From NCBI GenBank assembly GCA_038206135.1, contig JBBRBD010000002.1, forward strand, positions 2,896 to 66,895: 64,000 nt of DNA, read 5' to 3'. The translations under genes and the position numbers were made by a program. Origin of the DNA: Patescibacteria group bacterium. Lineage in GTDB: Bacteria; Patescibacteriota; Microgenomatia; UBA8517. Of the stretch, positions 46,375 to 55,421 are shown one piece after another. How positions within the stretch are numbered: the stretch's first letter is position 1; each line of letters opens with the position of its first letter. The notes under the pieces were generated by a model, which saw only the letters and a program-made list of their open reading frames with translations, had not been told where the DNA came from and did no database searches.

Positions 46375-47013
46375 TTAATTATGCAAAAAATTCTTGAAAC
46401 TAGGGAATGTCTGTTCTATTGAAGATATCTCTTCCAAAGATAATAAAATTTTAATAGCCTCTATACTTTCTTCTGTTTTGTCTGGAGTGTGTATGACATT
46501 AGAAATGATCATTTTAATTTGTTCTGGCGTAGGATTTTCCATAGATATTTTAGGTACTGGAAGTCTGAGTATTCCACGGATGCCTTTACCTTCTCTATAA
46601 ATCTTTTGAGAACTGAAATCATTGATTTGTTCCCACCCTTTGATCTCTTTAATTGTTTCTAACAATTCTTCTTGTTCAAGATCAGATTTTATTAGAAAAA
46701 AACAAGCTAAGTCTTTACAATATTCCTTTTTCATCGCGGAATAATACTTGGTTCCAATATCTTCTTTATAAAAAACCTCAAATATTTGTTGATAGTCCTT
46801 TATCTCGAGCGGTCTGTAAAATGTTTTTACTATTTGCACTCTTTTTAGATTATCAATATCTCGCTTGTTCAAATGCATATACCTCATATACCTATCTGTT
46901 TTTTCACATAAAATACGCTCTATGGTTATTTCCAAGCTCTCTTTTACAGCATGCGGCTTTACCATCACTAGGCAGAAAGAGTTTTTTTTAATTATTTTTG
47001 AGGTACTTAACAT
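46375..47013 (-). CDS. Divergent nucleoside-diphosphate-kinase-like protein
   Basis: 212 aa. N-terminal FCLVMVKPHAV resembles the NDK (t)fimIKPDgv motif. ISNVIHTPDKTEESIEAIKILL resembles the NDK N(I/V)IHGSD active-site region. Diverges elsewhere. Confidence 0.4.
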   Translation of the reverse strand: MLSTSKIIKKNSFCLVMVKPHAVKESLEITIERILCEKTDRYMRYMHLNKRDIDNLKRVQIVKTFYRPLEIKDYQQIFEVFYKEDIGTKYYSAMKKEYCKDLACFFLIKSDLEQEELLETIKEIKGWEQINDFSSQKIYREGKGIRGILRLPVPKISMENPTPEQIKMIISNVIHTPDKTEESIEAIKILLSLEEISSIEQTFPSFKNFLHN

Positions 47014-47057
47014 AATGTTGTTCGTAACTTGTCTTCCAGATGGTATAATCTGAACTC

Positions 47058-48281
47058 ATGAACATATATTTTACCAAGAAGTCTATAGAAGACCAGGACT
47101 ACGAATTTGTAGAGCGAAAAGGGATAGGACATCCAGATACTCTTTCTGACGCCTTGGCTGAAAAATTGTCTGTTAGATATTCGAACTATACTTTAGAAAA
47201 ATACGGAGCAGTACTACATCATAATTTCGATAAAGTCGGGCTCTTAGGAGGTGCTTCATACGTTACCTTTGGGGAAGGGCATTTAATTAAACCAATTAGA
47301 GTTCTTATCAATGGTCGTGCTTCAACCAGATTTGGTGACGAAGAAATTCCTGTTAAAGACATGTTAATTTCATGGACTAAAGATTTTTTGAAATTAAAGT
47401 TTCCGATGATAGACACAAATAAAGATTTGGAGTTTCATTATAACTTAAGCAATCAGAGCAGCCCCGGTAAGACTGAGGAATTTGAATCGACAAATGCACC
47501 AAGAAAACATTGGTTTGAACCTCGCAAGTTGGAGGATTTGCCCGAATTAAAAAAGCTAGTCTCAAATGATACATCCTTGGGAGTCGGTTATGCCCCATAT
47601 AGCATATTAGAGCAACTTATCTTAGATATTGAAAACACGCTTAATTCAGAGAATTTCAAAAAAGATAATCCTTGGATTGGATCAGATATTAAGATAATGG
47701 GCTTTAGAAATCTTGATAGTTTTGGAATTACGATGTGTATTCCTCAAATAGCGAATCATGTAAAGTCTGCGGAAGAATATAAAAAGAACATGACAAAAGC
47801 GCATGAAACTATTATGCAAATTGCTGAAAAATTAGGAGTAAATAAATTAGAGCTTAACTTTAACACCAGAGACAATTTCTTAACAATGGAATTATATTTA
47901 ACTGCAATTGGTTCATCTATAGAAAGTGGTGACGAAGGCCTCGTTGGACGAGGAAATAGAATAAATGGTGTGATATCTCCAACACGACCAATGAGTATGG
48001 AGGGGGCATGTGGGAAAAACCCTGTTTACCATATCGGGAAGGTATATTATGTCGCGGCGAATGAAATAAGTAAAAAAATTTATCAGAAGTTTAATGTTCC
48101 TTGTGAAGTAGCGTTGATAAGCCAAAGTGGTAGGGATTTGCTTGATCCGTGGGCAATTTTTATTACATTGCCAGAGAATGTAAAAGATACAGAAGAGATT
48201 AAGGAATTAGTAGAAAAAGAAGTTAGTTCAATCCCTAATATTACGAATCTTTTGTTAAAAGAGAAAATTCAATTATTTTAA
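47058..48281 (+). CDS. S-adenosylmethionine synthetase, archaeal-type (MAT)
   Basis: 407 aa. VERKGIGHPDTLSDALAE, VLHHNFDKVGLLGG and LINGRAS closely parallel the Methanocaldococcus-type MAT blocks (VERKGLGHPDSICDGIAE / ILHHNTDQVELVGG / LLSGRAT). Not the bacterial MetK GHPDK pattern. Confidence 0.8.
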   Translation: MNIYFTKKSIEDQDYEFVERKGIGHPDTLSDALAEKLSVRYSNYTLEKYGAVLHHNFDKVGLLGGASYVTFGEGHLIKPIRVLINGRASTRFGDEEIPVKDMLISWTKDFLKLKFPMIDTNKDLEFHYNLSNQSSPGKTEEFESTNAPRKHWFEPRKLEDLPELKKLVSNDTSLGVGYAPYSILEQLILDIENTLNSENFKKDNPWIGSDIKIMGFRNLDSFGITMCIPQIANHVKSAEEYKKNMTKAHETIMQIAEKLGVNKLELNFNTRDNFLTMELYLTAIGSSIESGDEGLVGRGNRINGVISPTRPMSMEGACGKNPVYHIGKVYYVAANEISKKIYQKFNVPCEVALISQSGRDLLDPWAIFITLPENVKDTEEIKELVEKEVSSIPNITNLLLKEKIQLF

Positions 48282-48286
48282 TAAAT

Positions 48287-49453
48287 ATGAATATGGAAAG
48301 GGCTGAAAAAAGAAAAACAGAGCCCACTGAACTGAATGGTGATGTTATTGTTCAAGGTTTGGGCTTGGTTTTGGATAAAAACGATAACAACTTTTTTCAG
48401 TTTAAACCTTCGTTTGTCGATCGACCTGCATCCAAAGATGTTTTAAACACAGAGTCACTAGGTAAGCCCGAAGAGTTACAAAAGTACTTTCCAGGAATCA
48501 AATTAGTAGATCCAGACTCTGTTTGCCGACCCACGGGGGATACCACTTTTTTTACTTCTGCAGGCTTCCAACACTTAGAAACATTGATGAGAGAAAACAC
48601 AGAGGTGGATGGGCAGTCCTTTCTTATATCTCAACCTGTAATCAGGAGTCAATTCATGGACAAAGTTAAAGAAGGAACCTCTTCTTCTTTTATAAACTTC
48701 TCTATAGAGTCCGTTGGTGCTAATCCCAGTGAATTTATAACATTAAGTAATCAATTTATTGAACTGTTGGAAGGATTGAATATTAACAAAGAAGATGTGC
48801 GATTCCAAATAGAAAGCAAGCAGGATAAATGGGGTGGTAAAAAATTTACAAAGACAGTATGGACTACTTACATAGATGGCGTTGAAGTGGGAGAAGGCGT
48901 TTACATACATGATTATCCTATTACTCAAGAAGTCAAAGTTCCGATTGCTGATATTGGATTTGGAATTGAAAGAGTGAATTGGGTAATAGGTGCTGAGAAG
49001 CATTATTTTTCAGAGTTCAGTGATTATTATGATAAAGCAGACGAAGATACTGTGGCCTCTGTAATTGACCCCATCAGGACTATGGTCTTAATTGCAGGAG
49101 AAGGGATCAAACCATCTTCGCACGATCAAGGATATCGCTTAAGACAACTATCAAAGAGATTTGTGCAACGAAATCTAGTAACCAATTTTCACTTGGATGA
49201 GTTAGTCATAAGGTCATCTAAATTTTGGGAACAATGGGGATATCGTCCAACTCTTGATGGTGAAGAATTACTTGACGTCATACGCGTAGAGAATGAAAGA
49301 AATTACAATGGATTGTTCCTAGAAACCCTTCAACGGGAAGAGGGCTCTCAGATTTATGTTGACATAAATCAGCCAACTTCTAAGTTCTTTAATCAGTTAG
49401 AATTCTCATTACCAAAACAGATGATCGATACAGTCACTAAGAAATTAAAATGA
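48287..49453 (+). CDS. Hypothetical protein with a class-II aminoacyl-tRNA-synthetase-like motif-3 (GFGIERV). Possible aaRS-paralog/amino-acid ligase.
   Basis: 388 aa. VPIADIGFGIERVNWVIG resembles class II aaRS motif 3 (GfGlERl). Otherwise unrecognised. Confidence 0.35.
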   Translation: MNMERAEKRKTEPTELNGDVIVQGLGLVLDKNDNNFFQFKPSFVDRPASKDVLNTESLGKPEELQKYFPGIKLVDPDSVCRPTGDTTFFTSAGFQHLETLMRENTEVDGQSFLISQPVIRSQFMDKVKEGTSSSFINFSIESVGANPSEFITLSNQFIELLEGLNINKEDVRFQIESKQDKWGGKKFTKTVWTTYIDGVEVGEGVYIHDYPITQEVKVPIADIGFGIERVNWVIGAEKHYFSEFSDYYDKADEDTVASVIDPIRTMVLIAGEGIKPSSHDQGYRLRQLSKRFVQRNLVTNFHLDELVIRSSKFWEQWGYRPTLDGEELLDVIRVENERNYNGLFLETLQREEGSQIYVDINQPTSKFFNQLEFSLPKQMIDTVTKKLK

Positions 49454-50106
49454 AAAAAGGAAAAATAATAATAAGTGGAGGAGGGGATCTTGATGTTAGT
49501 TCAGTAATAGATAAAAGGTTTTTCTCATTACTTGGGCAAAATTCCAAGATACTATATATTCCCATTGCATTGAATAGAAGCACGCTGGGATATGAGTCTT
49601 GTTATGATTGGTTCTCGACAGTCATATCTAAGCACGTAGGCAGAAAAGAGATTGATTATACAATGTTGTTGGAAGGGGATGTCGTTCCAGATTTGCAATT
49701 ATTTAATTCAATTTATATTGGTGGTGGAAATACCTTTAAGTTATTAGATTATGTAATAAGAAGTGGTCTAGACAATAAGCTTCTTACTTATTTAAAAAAA
49801 GGAGGAATTGTTTACGGGGGAAGCGCCGGAGCAATTATCCTTGGAAAAGACATTAGAACTGTTAAAGAAGAAAACAATAATAACTATTCTCATCATAAAG
49901 GTCTGGATTTGTTGGGAGGCAGATCTCTCATTTGTCACTATAACAAAGGACTCGATGTTGATATCTCTGAGTCATCAAAGAATTTAAAAACAGAAATTTT
50001 GGCACTGTCTGAGGAATCCGGTATTGTACTTAATTTAGATGGAAACATAAATGAAAAGGTAGGGACTGTGACTGTTTTTAATGGTGAAAATAAATATCTC
50101 CTATGA
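49450..50106 (+). CDS. Peptidase S51 (dipeptidase E/cyanophycinase-like)
   Basis: YIGGGNTFKLLDY…GGIVYGGSAGAIILG matches the S51 GGGNT…G.SAGA catalytic-Ser region. Confidence 0.65.
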   Translation: MKKGKIIISGGGDLDVSSVIDKRFFSLLGQNSKILYIPIALNRSTLGYESCYDWFSTVISKHVGRKEIDYTMLLEGDVVPDLQLFNSIYIGGGNTFKLLDYVIRSGLDNKLLTYLKKGGIVYGGSAGAIILGKDIRTVKEENNNNYSHHKGLDLLGGRSLICHYNKGLDVDISESSKNLKTEILALSEESGIVLNLDGNINEKVGTVTVFNGENKYLL

Positions 50107-51290
50107 GATTGATGTTTCTTACTTTATCTCCACTTTCTTCAAATGCAGGGCATTTATCTAGACTTAAAGGCGAACTTGAATATCTAATGAATTCAAACGA
50201 GATCTCCATTCTGTGTCTCTATAAAAAGCCAGATGATGATGCCACGAAGAAAAAATATAAAGGAATTTCATTTTTTCATTTCCCAATTGAATTTGAGGGA
50301 TGGAATGTCAAAGATCAGGGGAAAGTATCAGAAAATATCCAAATATTCATTGATAAAGTAGAACCAGATCTTGTTGTACTACAGATGGAAGTATGGGATT
50401 TAATGAGAGAATTAGGAAAAAAATTAAAGGGATCGACTACATTTGCAGCTGTTGTACACGCGATGCCCTTTTTGGTTGCGCCTACCGAACCAACAGGGGA
50501 ATTTAAGGAAGACGTCATAGAATACGCCAATTCGGGAATACAAGAATACCGAAAAGACTATGTATTAAGGCACTTTGAAGAGGCAGAGCGTGTTTTTAGG
50601 GATGTGAGCATAATTGCAAACAACAATACTGTGGCTTTTTACTTCAACAAGTATTTCAAATCGGTGCCAATTTCAGTTTTAGCTCCTTCTGCCATTGTAA
50701 AGTCTGATCCACAGCTAATAAGCAACAAGTTGAAATACGATTTTGCTTATATGGCAAGAGTCGAAAAAGGCAAAGGGGTAGAATATTTATCAGAAATTTT
50801 GGAAAAAACATCAATTCTGCTTAAAAGGAAGGTTCGTCTGGCTATTCTCGGTAGAACTGACGATTCATTTAGTGAAGTAGAATTACAAAAACTATTATCC
50901 AGTAAGAATGTCTTCTTTGATGTTGAGTTCTTTGGATGGGCAGATGATTCAACAAAAGTATCTGTATTACCTCACTCTGGAGTGTTTTTATATCCCTCAA
51001 GCTATGACAACTATCCTACGGTTGTAAACGAAGCTTTGTCTTTTGGGTTGCCCGTTGTGACTTGGAATGTGCCCTTTTATAGTCAAAACTATAGAAACAC
51101 TAACGCGGTAGAAGTTGCTGAACCTTTTAATACTACTAAGTTTGCAGATTTGGCGGTGCATTCGCTAGAAAATAGATATAATCTTTCTCCTCAGGCAATT
51201 GCCTTTATAAACTCATTTCCTTCACTGAGTGAAGTCGCAAAATTAGATACTATTTTATTTCAAAACTTAAAAGTAAATAAAAATGAATAG
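50103..51290 (+). CDS. GT-B glycosyltransferase (GT4-like)
   Basis: C-terminal FLYPSSYDNYPTVVNEALSFGLPVVT matches the GT4 E.fg.v.lEAma.G.PVv motif. Confidence 0.65.
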   Translation: MRLMFLTLSPLSSNAGHLSRLKGELEYLMNSNEISILCLYKKPDDDATKKKYKGISFFHFPIEFEGWNVKDQGKVSENIQIFIDKVEPDLVVLQMEVWDLMRELGKKLKGSTTFAAVVHAMPFLVAPTEPTGEFKEDVIEYANSGIQEYRKDYVLRHFEEAERVFRDVSIIANNNTVAFYFNKYFKSVPISVLAPSAIVKSDPQLISNKLKYDFAYMARVEKGKGVEYLSEILEKTSILLKRKVRLAILGRTDDSFSEVELQKLLSSKNVFFDVEFFGWADDSTKVSVLPHSGVFLYPSSYDNYPTVVNEALSFGLPVVTWNVPFYSQNYRNTNAVEVAEPFNTTKFADLAVHSLENRYNLSPQAIAFINSFPSLSEVAKLDTILFQNLKVNKNE

Positions 51291-52032
51291 TACTTCTCTC
51301 AAACAATTGTTCATTCCAGATAGACCAGTAGTCTTTCTACATGCACATTGTGATGATGAGTCTTTCCTTTCCGCCGGTTTGTTAAATAAATTGTGCGATT
51401 TAGGGAGGCAGTGCATCGTCATATATGGAGCTGCAGCTACGGTACCTGGGGAAGAGAAAACAGTGATAAGACAGCAACAAACAATAGAGGCATGCTCAAT
51501 TCTAGGAATAGACGCTGTAATATTTCTTAAATACTGTGAGCCACGTTATTCGGGAGTTCCTCTGATAAATCAAAAGACAAGTGAAATAAGTAGAGAAGTT
51601 TTAGAAGTCCTCAAATTGAGGAATGTTTCAATGCCTATCAATTTAATTTCATACGATAAAAATGGAGGATACGGAAATAAAGATCACAAAGTTATACATA
51701 AAGTCGGTCGAGAAATTAGAGATAATTATTCAGATGTCTCACTCTTTGAGGTAACCTTAAATAGAGATAAAATTAAAGATTGGATAGCGGATGCAAAAAC
51801 AAGATTAAGTCCTGAATCGCTACCTCAACTAGAATATTGGTCTGAAAACTTTGGGCTATTGAGTAACAAGATTCAGTTTGGGTACGAACTGACTAATAAA
51901 GAATTAGAGCTTAAACGCAAAGCTCTTTCTTTGCACACGTTTTACAATAAACCTGACATTTTCCCTTTATCCTTGAATACATTCGATTTTAAGAATGTAC
52001 TTGGAACTGAATATATTCATATTCCTAGCTAG
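51283..52032 (+). CDS. PIG-L/LmbE-family N-acetylglucosaminyl deacetylase
   Basis: VVFLHAHCDDESFLSAG matches the LmbE HPDDE zinc-binding motif. Confidence 0.7.
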   Translation: MNSTSLKQLFIPDRPVVFLHAHCDDESFLSAGLLNKLCDLGRQCIVIYGAAATVPGEEKTVIRQQQTIEACSILGIDAVIFLKYCEPRYSGVPLINQKTSEISREVLEVLKLRNVSMPINLISYDKNGGYGNKDHKVIHKVGREIRDNYSDVSLFEVTLNRDKIKDWIADAKTRLSPESLPQLEYWSENFGLLSNKIQFGYELTNKELELKRKALSLHTFYNKPDIFPLSLNTFDFKNVLGTEYIHIPS

Positions 52033-52169
52033 AGATTTGTACAATGAGTTAAGTGCTTAACTATAATTCTTCAAATTTTGTGATGTAGACCAACTACCCT
52101 TTTAAAGTTTGTATACCAAAGGATTTATATATACTTCTCATTTGTATAAGTTCAATATTTATTTCAACT

Positions 52170-52202
52170 TCTCTGTTCCTGAACATGTTTACTAGGGGGA
52201 GC
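52170..52202 (+). repeat. tRNA-3'-half-like repeat copy A (TCTCTGTTCCTGAACATGTTTACTAGGGGGAGC). Candidate att-site remnant.
   Basis: 33/33 identical to copy B at 55501. Ends in GGGGGAGC, like the 3' end of tRNA-Asn at 45913-45921. Confidence 0.6.
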
Positions 52203-52270
52203 AACGTAATTTTAGCCTTGAATTTTTTTTACCCCAAGCTGGATGTTCGAACCTTTGGTATAATACTTCT

Positions 52271-52759
52271 ATGTCAGAAAGAATTAATTCCTTACTAGCA
52301 GAGGGACTAGCTAAAGGCTATGTAGGAACAATAAAACCAGAAGCCATTCAAAGATCTGGTTTTTCCGGAAAAGCAAATGATTTTCTCAGCACTAATGGTG
52401 GACATTATCACGATGAGTGGTTTGCAGATGACAACGGCGGAGGACAGGAGCTCGTAGAAACTTCGGAAGAAAAGGGCACGAGACTTTATGCAGGGGGAGT
52501 AATTCCAACTGAAGAGCTTCAATCTCTTGGCTTCACAACAAAAGATGTAATATCTCGTTTGATAACTAGTGTTAGAGAGCTAAAAGACAAAACAAGACTC
52601 CATGAGCCATGCTCTCTAGAGCTTCCTGATGGATGGAAATATAAATACGAAATACTCAAAAGAAGCGAAGAAGTTCCACTAACCATCGGTTATGAGTCAA
52701 TTGAATTTAATGGCAGGGAAGTATTTGCTCACGGTCATATGATCTCTCCTATAAAATAG
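52271..52759 (+). CDS. Hypothetical protein (162 aa)
   Basis: ORF only. Confidence 0.4.
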   Translation: MSERINSLLAEGLAKGYVGTIKPEAIQRSGFSGKANDFLSTNGGHYHDEWFADDNGGGQELVETSEEKGTRLYAGGVIPTEELQSLGFTTKDVISRLITSVRELKDKTRLHEPCSLELPDGWKYKYEILKRSEEVPLTIGYESIEFNGREVFAHGHMISPIK

Positions 52760-52879
52760 GTTCTGAACAAGTCTATGAGGTGGAGCTTTAGCTATTAAGA
52801 CAATCGACTTTGCATACCTCGAGAAAGCATGCATGTACCTTTGAAAAAAAATGGGTGCCTTAATTGTAATCTAGTTTAA

Positions 52880-53140
52880 TGTAGTATATATTTTCGGAAC
52901 TATTATCTTCATAAATATAAACTGCAAAATATCGAATTTGTTTACTTAGCTGATGCAACTAATAAAATCTCAGATAGTGATGAGGAGGTTAGTATGCTTG
53001 AGTGGTATTCTTTAGATAATTTGCCCTCAAAAGAGGAAATGGCATTTGACCACGGAGATGACTTAGAAATTTATAGCAACTTTTTAAAAGAAAAGCTTAC
53101 TTTACCAGTAATAGGTAAATTTAGTGATTCAGGTAAGTAG
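52880..53140 (+). pseudogene. Start-less remnant of a Nudix-like hydrolase C-terminus
   Basis: Open frame from a stop at 52877 to TAG at 53138, translating …VYLADATNKISDSDEEVSMLEWYSLDNLPSKEEMAFDHGDDLEIYSNFLKEK…, a typical Nudix C-terminal region. No upstream start or N-terminal Nudix box. Confidence 0.3.
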
Positions 53141-53291
53141 AGGTCTTGTTTGCAACTTCTTTATTTCATTCCATCTGTGTCTTAGCTCTCCAATGTAGCG
53201 AATATCCTGAAAAGCATGTATTATAGCCTCGAAATCTATGGTTATATTAGTCCAAGGCTCAGGGAGCTGTTTGCTACAATAGCGGTATTAC

Positions 53292-53471
53292 ATGAGAAAA
53301 ATAATCGTTCATGAATTTATAAGTCTTGATGGAGTGATCCAGGCGCCAGGTGTAGTTGTTGGTCAGCCGACCCAAACGCAACCTGCGAATGAAGCACTTG
53401 CCTTCAATAACTTTACCAAAGACCCCGGTTGGGGGGATTGGTACAAGAGTGATACTTGGGGCAAAAAGTAG
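53292..53471 (+). pseudogene. Truncated N-terminal fragment (59 aa) of a RibD_C/dihydrofolate-reductase-like (YwjB/YyaP family) gene
   Basis: MRKIIVHEFISLDGVIQAPG is the characteristic N-terminus of about 180-aa RibD_C proteins. The ORF stops after 59 codons. Confidence 0.4.
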
Positions 53472-53519
53472 ACTGAACTGGTCTTCTGGGTCAGACATTT
53501 ATTTGTCTGGCCCTTCTTT

Positions 53520-54239
53520 TTATTTAAGAAGTTTATTTAAGGCAGGTTCTTGTCTATATCCATGGGAGAAACCGTAAACTACAAAAACACTTTTTCCCAA
53601 GTTCCATTCTTCAACTGTTTTTTCAACAATATGAACATCCCTGTAATCGCTTGAGGCTCTTGCGACAGCATTAACGACAGTATCTTTTCTTGAAGGGTTG
53701 ATTATCGTATAAAAAAAGCCTTTTTCGTTAATGTTAAACTCATCACCAAATAATTTAATGTGAGTCTTTTTCATGTTTTCCAAGCTAAAGTCAAAGTCTG
53801 TCCATCCAGATTCCTTTTTATCAGTGTCCAAGAATCTTTGAACATACTTTTCAAAATCTTCGCTTGTGTTTTTGTTTAAAAATTGGTTTACAACCCTTGC
53901 GAAGTAATAATATTGAACTTCTTCCTTAGAAAAGTCATTTAATAAAACATTATCTACATTTTCTCTTGACGGCTCAGGTGAAATAATTTCTATATTATCT
54001 TTTTTGGATAAGTAGGTGAGTAAGCCACCTTCGCCATCTCTTTTTACCATTGCATCTTTGTTTCCATTTGGATTTCGAAGCCCCCCTTCATTCATGGCAA
54101 CTGCTTTTGATTTATCAGTAACCCTAGACATAAACTCATCCCAGTACGCTTCAATATCAGGAAGCATGGGGTGTTTGGGATCGTTTACATGGCTTGCTCC
54201 ATAGTAGTAAAGATACTGTTTACCGTTAGTTATACTCAC
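53520..54239 (-). CDS. Hypothetical protein (239 aa)
   Basis: ORF only. Confidence 0.4.
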   Translation of the reverse strand: MSITNGKQYLYYYGASHVNDPKHPMLPDIEAYWDEFMSRVTDKSKAVAMNEGGLRNPNGNKDAMVKRDGEGGLLTYLSKKDNIEIISPEPSRENVDNVLLNDFSKEEVQYYYFARVVNQFLNKNTSEDFEKYVQRFLDTDKKESGWTDFDFSLENMKKTHIKLFGDEFNINEKGFFYTIINPSRKDTVVNAVARASSDYRDVHIVEKTVEEWNLGKSVFVVYGFSHGYRQEPALNKLLK

Positions 54240-54273
54240 TTGCTAAAACAATTTAGTAAGTGATATATTTTAA

Positions 54274-54699
54274 GTGATGTATCATTTGTATTTGATGGGA
54301 GGAGAAGAAGAGGAGTTTAAGGAGCGGTTGAGAAGTGAGCGAGACGTGAAGAAATGGAGGAGGTTGCAAGCGGTGTATTTAAGAGGTCAAAGAAAATCTA
54401 CACAGATGATTGCGGAGAATTTAGGAGTAAACAGAGACACAATCACGTTGTGGGTAAAATTGTACCGATCAGGAGGGCTGGAAGGATTAACGAATTTAAA
54501 GTATGAGCATCAAGGTCGAAGTTCAAAGTTGGGAGTCTATCAACGAGAGATTGATCTACTAACAGACAAGGAACGTATATCAACGATGAGCTGTTTGGCC
54601 AAGCGGATCAAAGAGTTGTATGGGGTGGAGGTTGAGGAGAGTTGGTTATCCCGGTGGTGTAAAAAAAACTCAATTTGTCTTTCAAGAAGACCAGATTAG
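54274..54699 (+). CDS. IS630-family transposase OrfA (HTH DNA-binding part)
   Basis: Winged-helix/HTH-like LRGQRKSTQMIAENLGVNRDTITLWVKLYRSGG. Confidence 0.6.
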   Translation: MMYHLYLMGGEEEEFKERLRSERDVKKWRRLQAVYLRGQRKSTQMIAENLGVNRDTITLWVKLYRSGGLEGLTNLKYEHQGRSSKLGVYQREIDLLTDKERISTMSCLAKRIKELYGVEVEESWLSRWCKKNSICLSRRPD

Positions 54700-55328
54700 T
54701 GCCTGGGAAGTTACCTGAGGTTGATGTTCAGGAAAATTTTCGGAACAAGATTGATGTGTATTTAAAGCGAGCTGGGAAGGGAGAGATCGAGTTGTATTTT
54801 TTTGATCCCTGTCACTGTATGCACAACAATGTGAATGGATATGAGTGGCAGAAGAAAGGTAAGGGAGGAACCAAGTACATAAAGGCCAATAGTGGTAGGC
54901 AAAGGTTAAATGTGGTTGGAGCACTTAATGCCATAACGAAGAAGCCGTATGTATTTTTAACTGAGGCCAACTGTGATCAAAGACTAATATGTATGTATTT
55001 GAAGAGTTTACGTAAACAACATCCGGATCGAGTAAAACAAATTGTGTTGATTTTAGACAATGCGCCTTACAACCATAGTTTCTCAGTAAGCAAGATAGCC
55101 AAGCGATTGAATATCGAGCTTGAATTTCTGCCTGCGTATTGTCCCAATCTCAACTTAATTGAACGGTTGTGGAAGTTTTTGAAGAAGAAGACAAAGACCA
55201 ATAACTATTGTGAGAAGTTTGCAGACTTTCAAAATACCATCCTACAATTTTTCGAAAACATAGAAACTTTTCGTGATGAACTGGATTCTTTACTCACTAC
55301 CAATTTCGAGATTATTCAAACAAGGTAG
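54675..55328 (+). CDS. IS630-family transposase OrfB (DDE catalytic part)
   Basis: DDE-like residues in conserved IS630/Tc1 blocks. Frameshifted relative to OrfA. Confidence 0.65.
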   Translation: MSFKKTRLVPGKLPEVDVQENFRNKIDVYLKRAGKGEIELYFFDPCHCMHNNVNGYEWQKKGKGGTKYIKANSGRQRLNVVGALNAITKKPYVFLTEANCDQRLICMYLKSLRKQHPDRVKQIVLILDNAPYNHSFSVSKIAKRLNIELEFLPAYCPNLNLIERLWKFLKKKTKTNNYCEKFADFQNTILQFFENIETFRDELDSLLTTNFEIIQTR

Positions 55329-55421
55329 TATATCTCAAATTTTTTAGGAGATGAGACTTTCTCAAGTTTGGAGTAATCATCGTAATCCATTATTAAATTT
55401 TTAATATCGTTCATGGGGGAA

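Larger units (their letters stand above)
54243..55345 (+). mobile_element. IS630/Tc1-mariner-family insertion sequence (boundaries approximate). Two overlapping ORFs joined at an A8 slippery run.
   Basis: OrfA (54274..54699) is an HTH protein. OrfB (54675..55328) carries a DDE domain (FFDPCHCMHN … ILDNAPYNHS … NLNLIERLWKFLKK). A8 run at 54661-54668 sits at the orfA/orfB junction. Imperfect terminal repeats TAAAACAATTTAGTAAGTGATATA (left) and its approximate complement at 55330-55365. Confidence 0.65.

Noticed and set aside
53274-53498. 74-aa minus-strand ORF
   Set aside because: It overlaps the plus-strand RibD_C-like fragment, whose N-terminal motif MRKIIVHEFISLDGVIQAPG is recognisable. The minus-strand ORF is likely spurious.
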